From Adineta vaga (Eukaryota; Animalia; Rotifera), in NCBI GenBank assembly GCA_021613535.1, contig CP075495.1, positions 12,834,001 to 12,898,000 of the forward strand: DNA of 64,000 nucleotides. The letters run 5' to 3'. How positions within the stretch are numbered: the stretch's first letter is position 1; every line of letters starts with the position of its first letter. Shown here in pieces: positions 58,255-64,000 of this stretch. The notes below the pieces were generated by a model. The model was not told where the DNA came from and did not search any database. It saw only the letters and a program-made list of their open reading frames with translations. The position numbers and the translations under genes are program-made.

Positions 58255-60914
58255 ATGGGTAATTGTATTGGTAAAAAATCTGCTGCATATGATAAACAAT
58301 GTCGACATTCGTCGGCGACAATTGGCACATCGACGAAATTGTATTATAATGATCAACGACCTACAAAACAAGTTCCATCATTAGTATTAGCATCACCATC
58401 AATATTAAATACATCAGCAGAGCGAAGAAGCATTTTTCTTTCTCATTTGTCCGATCTTCAACAATCTGATATCATATGTAATAATAATGACGAGAGCAAA
58501 AGAAAATCGATTATTCAATGTTCAACACTTTCACGTTTAACTACGATGACACCATCAACTAATGAGCCATTCGTATTGATGCATACATCATCAACATTGT
58601 CGCCTGTTCAATTGTCCTCTGAATGTTGTAAAAAAATTAAATCAAGCAATACGATAGTAGTATTTGGTGAAAATCATATCAATCAAGCACTTACATCGAC
58701 GACAACAACAACTGAACAAGAAATGACAGTAGGACACCTGTTTAGCAAAAAGAAAGATCTAAACAAAGAAAATGACAATAAACATGATAATACTAAGATG
58801 AATATTGACATTGAATTACATTTAACTGACAATGAACAAAATAGAAGTCAAGATTATTTCACAATTATTAACGAAGAGAAGCAACCAACTAATGAAACAA
58901 TGATTGATACACAAGACATTATCCTAGGTAAGTGAAGAGAAAGAAAGATCTTTTCGAAAGATAAAAAATCCCTTTTTACAATATTATTATTATTATTATT
59001 ATTATTTCAGAAACACTTGACACATCACGATCACCATCTTTGTTTGATTCTTCACTTTCTTCTCTTTCACGTAATACAACACCATTCTCTTCTCAAGATC
59101 GTTTAATTCTTTCATCATCACCATCATCTTCATCATCCGCAATTCCTCCATTTTCATCATGTAATCGTTTAACAAAAACCAATCCTTTCAATACACATAA
59201 TAATTCTCGTTCATTAACTTATGCTGAACAAATTTATCTTAATAATCAATTATCATATCTTTTTCCATCTAATGAAAACTTTAATGCTGTTCTTCCTCCT
59301 TCCTCCTTATCCTCCTCATCCTCCTCCTCGTCATCTCGTTCTACACATAATTTATTTATCAATGAATTTCATCAAAATATGATTTCTCATCATTGTAAAA
59401 CACTTAGTACTGTTATTGATAATGTTGTTCAACAACAATTTATTCGTATACATCAATGTTCCAAAGTTATTTTAATTGAACATAAAGAACTTGAATGTGA
59501 ACATTTAAAGTAATTCATTCAAATGATTTTTCTATTACTATTCATCGTTTGATCCTATTTCTTTCTTTTTTCTTTTCTCAGAGATGTCAAAAAATTTCAT
59601 ACACCATCATTAATCTTTGATGAACAACAAAAACTTGTTTACATAACAAAACATGCACGTTTACTTGGCTTACAAACGGTTACATGTACAACAAATAGTG
59701 TCATACGTTTACCGAAACTTTTTTCTTCTTGTGATCATTGTTCATCATTACTTTCCGGTTCAAAACTTAACAAACGTTTACATTCATTTTTTCTTGTCAA
59801 TACTACACATAATTTAGTTGAAATGTGTTTCAATGAAACAAATAATAATGCAGTTTTTGGTTATGTCTCACAAAAACATTCAACTAAAGTTCGACAAACA
59901 ATTATTAATAATTCAAAATTTTCTTATTCTTATGATCTTGATATTGGTCGTACAACGTTATATTTTGTTCTACGTGTTCGTTCATGGCCACAAGATATTC
60001 GTCAAATATTTGAACAACGTCGACGTGTATGGCCAGTTAATCTCGAGAAATTATTTGATGGAACTTGTTTCATTCGAGTCAATAACAATGAACAGGATAT
60101 TACAACAATGAATAAATGTCTTGCTTGTGAAAAATTACTTTCCATTGGATCAGACTCAAGTTGGTCATATACTTATACAGCAATCGAAGCTGAACTTGTT
60201 GCATCTATGTCTGAAGAACAAATTCGTTTTGCTTCGATTATATGGAATTATTTGAATGGTAAAACGCATGGTGAACTTCCATTTCAAATTTTTAAACATA
60301 CAATTTTCTATTTCTTTGAACAATATTCACCAGATTGTTTTGTTTCCAGTGATTTACTCAGTCATGCACATCTTTTTACTGATTTTCTTTTTAATCGTTT
60401 ACAAACAAAATCAATTCCACATTATTTTAATTCCAATTATAATCTCTATCAAGATCATTTATCTACAACATTAATGAGTACAATATCAATTAAAATGACA
60501 TATTTAGATTTAAAAAATTTTTCAATTCATCTTTTACCATCATCTTCATTATATCTCTATCATCTACTTTATTTAATCCAATTTCAAACAAATTTTTTAC
60601 AATATCTACTTGCTTGTACATCATCAAAAACAAATTCGATTGAAACAATTCTTGATACACATGAACTTGTTATAAAACAATTATCTCGTGGTATTAAAAT
60701 GTACAAACGGCAATTAGATACAAATCTACCAATAAAAACACAAAAAACATTAACACTTGATTGTTTATATCAATATCAAGAAGAAAATGTACAAACTATT
60801 CTGGATTATCTACCATTATTACGAGATAAAGAACCTTCCTTACTTATTCATTCACTTTGGTCTATGTTTATTCAATATTTTAACTGTTTATTTGATGATC
60901 TTTTTGTTTCCTAA
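58255..60914 (+). CDS. N-myristoylated/palmitoylated protein with a divergent C-terminal Mab-21/cGAS-like domain, 3 exons (58255-58927, 59011-59509, 59582-60914)
   Basis: Starts MGNCIGKK, followed by a long Ser/Thr-rich region. The C-terminal motifs SWPQDIRQIFEQRRRVWP, SWSYTYTAIEAELV..M.EEQ, LPFQIFKHTIFYFFE and LQTKSIPHYFNSNYNL match the order and spacing of Mab-21-family WP...R.R.WP, WR.SFS..E..L, L.SY.LKT and L....PHYF...NL. The splice phases join in frame. Confidence 0.7.
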
Positions 60915-61776
60915 AAAGAAATTTTTGAAATAAAAAAAAAAGCAAATACAAAATATGTACAGATATTGTTCTTCGACAATTTATATCTATTTAATCATAA
61001 ATGAGTAATCTTGTAGAATGAAATGATTGTCTCAAATACTTTCAATCGAGTCAAAGATATTTCTATCGGAATAAACTTTGTTGATTAACATGAGCCTTTA
61101 TTCATCATAGAACATCTATTTCCGAGGAAATATTTGACTATAGTGTTGAAACCATTTTATACAAGGAGAGATCTTTCCGACCATAGACTCGTTTTGGACG
61201 ACATATTTTTTAATACTGCAGAGCTAAGCGTTTAGAGAGCATAAAGAAATATAACCTTTCTAGAAACATTGTTCATGGAAAGCAGTACTTTTGTTCTTGA
61301 CGAGAAAATGAAAAATATAATATGATGCTTGCATATGTATTGTTTAATGAAATGTAGCATTAGTTATGACAAATGGTAAGAGAAAAAAGATACAAATTAT
61401 TTAATATTTGAATGAGAATCGATAGAAGAGAAAGAAATAAACTGTTTTGTTTCTTTGTTTTTTATATAAAAAAATAGAATATGAATCATACAATACACAG
61501 AATAATAAACAAAATGAGAGAGAGAGAAAAAAAGAAACATATGATTAGTAGGGTCGTTCATTGTGACTATAAAACAAAGATATTTTAAGTTAAAGAAAGG
61601 AAAACACATTGTTTAATTCTATCAAACATGCAGAAATATTGCTCAAAAATTTTATTAATTAGTGTGTTTTATCTATTGCACATATAAAAATGTTCGTGTT
61701 AGACAAATTTGTGGACTGTTTAGTTTAGATTAAAGAATCCATTTGGCTGAAATATAGATAATTAAATTGAAGATAG

Positions 61777-64000
61777 TCACGACTGTTCATCATCATGTGA
61801 ATTATGTGAATCATTGAGACCATTAGTATCATCTTCATCAAGCACTTCATCTGTTGATAAACTACTAGCATCATTTTTCATGTTCATTTGTGCACGACAA
61901 TGTTTAAGTCCTAGAAATCAATAAGATATTATTAACTACATGTTATAGAAGAAAAGATCAATAGTTACCAGAACAATAGAGAATAGTCAATGCTCCTAAA
62001 GAATAAAGCATAAGTTTATTTTCGAATTGAAATAATAGCCAAAGAAAGGTCTATTAATATATCGTAATCAAAGTGAATATTATTGATACATACCTAATGC
62101 TTGAACTTTCTCATCTATGTTGGCAATTTTTGCACGAAGTTTCCGTTTTTCATTTTCATCGGTGACATTATTTTCACATTCATGAATCATTTCTTCTCGA
62201 ATTTGACATTGTAAATCAAATTCATGTTGTAAACGAGATATCTAGAGATGACAAGTATTGTCAATACATTTTTGTATTTATTTTTTATTTGAAATTACTA
62301 ACTTCGCTTTCTAGTCTTTGTTTTCGTTCATCAATTGTTAATTCAAGAAATAGTTCTGGTCCGAATTCTCGTGCTTTTGCATATAATGCTGTATCATCAA
62401 CAGCTCTTTCATGAAGTAAATGCTCTAAACCTTTAATATCATTACTATCATCTGACAAATATTTCTAAATGAAAACAATTTATGAAATTTATTTGTTGAT
62501 AAGATAAAGTCTATTGATTTTTTCTTACCGTGATGATATCACGTAAATCAGCTTCAGGAATATTTTCACTAGATACTAAAAATAACGAAGTTTATTTTTT
62601 ACAGAATCAATAATGTTTCGTAAAAAACTTTACTTGAATCAAGTGGTGGACGATTTTTTTTAATGACATTGGTTTCTGTTGTCGCAGGCAATCGTTTCGA
62701 TTTGAATTCCCTCAATCTACTATATGCTGATGAAGCAGCATTAGCCAATTTTGACGACGTATGAACTGGCGGATTTGTTACTGTTAGTTTTTTCATTGTA
62801 GTAGGCGATGCACTACTTAATGATTCATCACTTTTCGATAGTTCGGATGTTGTTGAAAGACCTGGAGTTAAAGTTGCTATCGGTTGATTGAGATTTTTAT
62901 TTCCAAATGCACCACGAAACGATCGACGTGCAGTAGAATCAATAGCAGAGAGAGCAGCTGCTGCTTTCGACGAAATACGATTTGCTGTTGTTGGTGGTGT
63001 AGCTACTGTTGGCGTTATTCGATTACTCGTGATATTTGGAATTGATACAAGTTCATAATTATTTTTTATTGGCATTGATTCAACATTATCTGTAACAGTG
63101 ATGTTAGGTGAATATGCTGTATTGGTATCACTGAATTCGATATTAACTAAATTTTTCAAATCATCATCCGAGGGTGTAGTGACCTGAATAGGTTTCAGAT
63201 GAATGGGTTCATGTGAACACACTGTTTCGACATTAATTCTCTCTTCACATTTTTTGTGAATACTTATTAAACAATCACGACATTGACGACCAGATTTCAT
63301 CCAAATCTTTTTATTACAATAACCACATAAAGTATTTAGAGTAAATGTTTTATCTTCGAATATATGATCAGTTGGTCTAAAGAGATAGAAAAATAAAATA
63401 AAATAAAATATCAAGAAAAGACTTTAGACGAGCATCATATTAAAGGTAACAATTTGAAATGATGCCAGTCTATTGAAATTCAACGAACTTACTTTCTTGG
63501 TGGTAATTCATGTTGTTCATTGATAACATTGATATATTTTAATTGATCTTGTTTTCTTTCATCTTCTTTCAATTTTGCACATACATCATTTAAAACTGGA
63601 CTATTAGCAAGAAATTGTTCTTTCTTCTCGTGTGGGTTTAATTTCGCTTCAATTTCTGGTCTATGTTTTATATTAATTGTAACAAAACCATTAGCCAAAT
63701 TTTCATCATAACCTTTATGTGTACTTAATTCCATTCGTTTTTTACTAAAATCGAAAGGGATAACATCGCTGTAAATGATCGATTCAGTAAATGATTAAGA
63801 TGTTAGTAGAGTGTTTTGAATTTTTTCATGCATATGAATTACTATGATATAATATGATTTTACCTTTCGGAATCTGTCAAAGAAGCATTTCTATAGAGAA
63901 GAAATTTGTCCATAGATGTCAATATTTAAAGGATCGTAGATTTAAAAAAGAAATCAATAAATAGTCGGATATCAACTTACAAATTAGGTTTTGGTGAATA
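61777..64000 (-). CDS. PDZD8: PDZD8-like protein, 3' portion (C1 domain and coiled coil); 5' end lies beyond the window
   Basis: C1 HIFEDKTF....LCGYCNKKIWMKSGRQCRDCLISIHKKC, then AREFGPELFLELTIDERKQRLE..ISRLQHE.D...DEKVQAL.ALTILYCSGLKHC, which resembles the PDZD8 C-terminal coiled coil. Confidence 0.8.

Overview
This is AT-rich, gene-dense eukaryotic (animal) DNA with many very short (~45-60 bp) GT-AG introns. It is not prokaryotic, so most ORF-track entries are single exons or spurious. The mix of metazoan-specific genes (ephrin, plexin, COE/EBF, PDZD8), tiny introns and an intron-containing plant-type PPR-DYW gene points to a bdelloid rotifer (Adineta/Rotaria-like); this is an inference. 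By manual splicing I reconstruct 17 genes in order: small orphan single-pass membrane protein (+), GPI-type ephrin (-), plexin (+), aldo-keto reductase (-), PPR-DYW deaminase protein (-) with a TIR element in its largest intron, MMACHC (+), MARCH6 (+), SLC16/MCT transporter (-), two tandem SAM-domain sphingomyelin-synthase-family paralogues (-), COE/EBF (-), a SHIPPO/STPG-repeat protein (+), a CDK4/6-like kinase (-), GALNT10-like (-), PIN4 (-), an N-acylated, apparently catalytically degenerate Mab-21/cGAS-like protein (+), and the 3' part of PDZD8 (-). The most notable items are (1) an animal PPR-DYW protein with an intact Zn-deaminase site next to another likely foreign gene, (2) the lipid-anchored Mab-21/cGLR-like pseudo-enzyme, (3) operon-like close gene pairs sharing a TTTTCAG/AT acceptor, (4) an SMS paralogue with Gln at the head-group selector position, and (5) an unclassified non-autonomous transposon with a repeated 14-bp internal motif. 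All family calls come from motif recognition without database searches.
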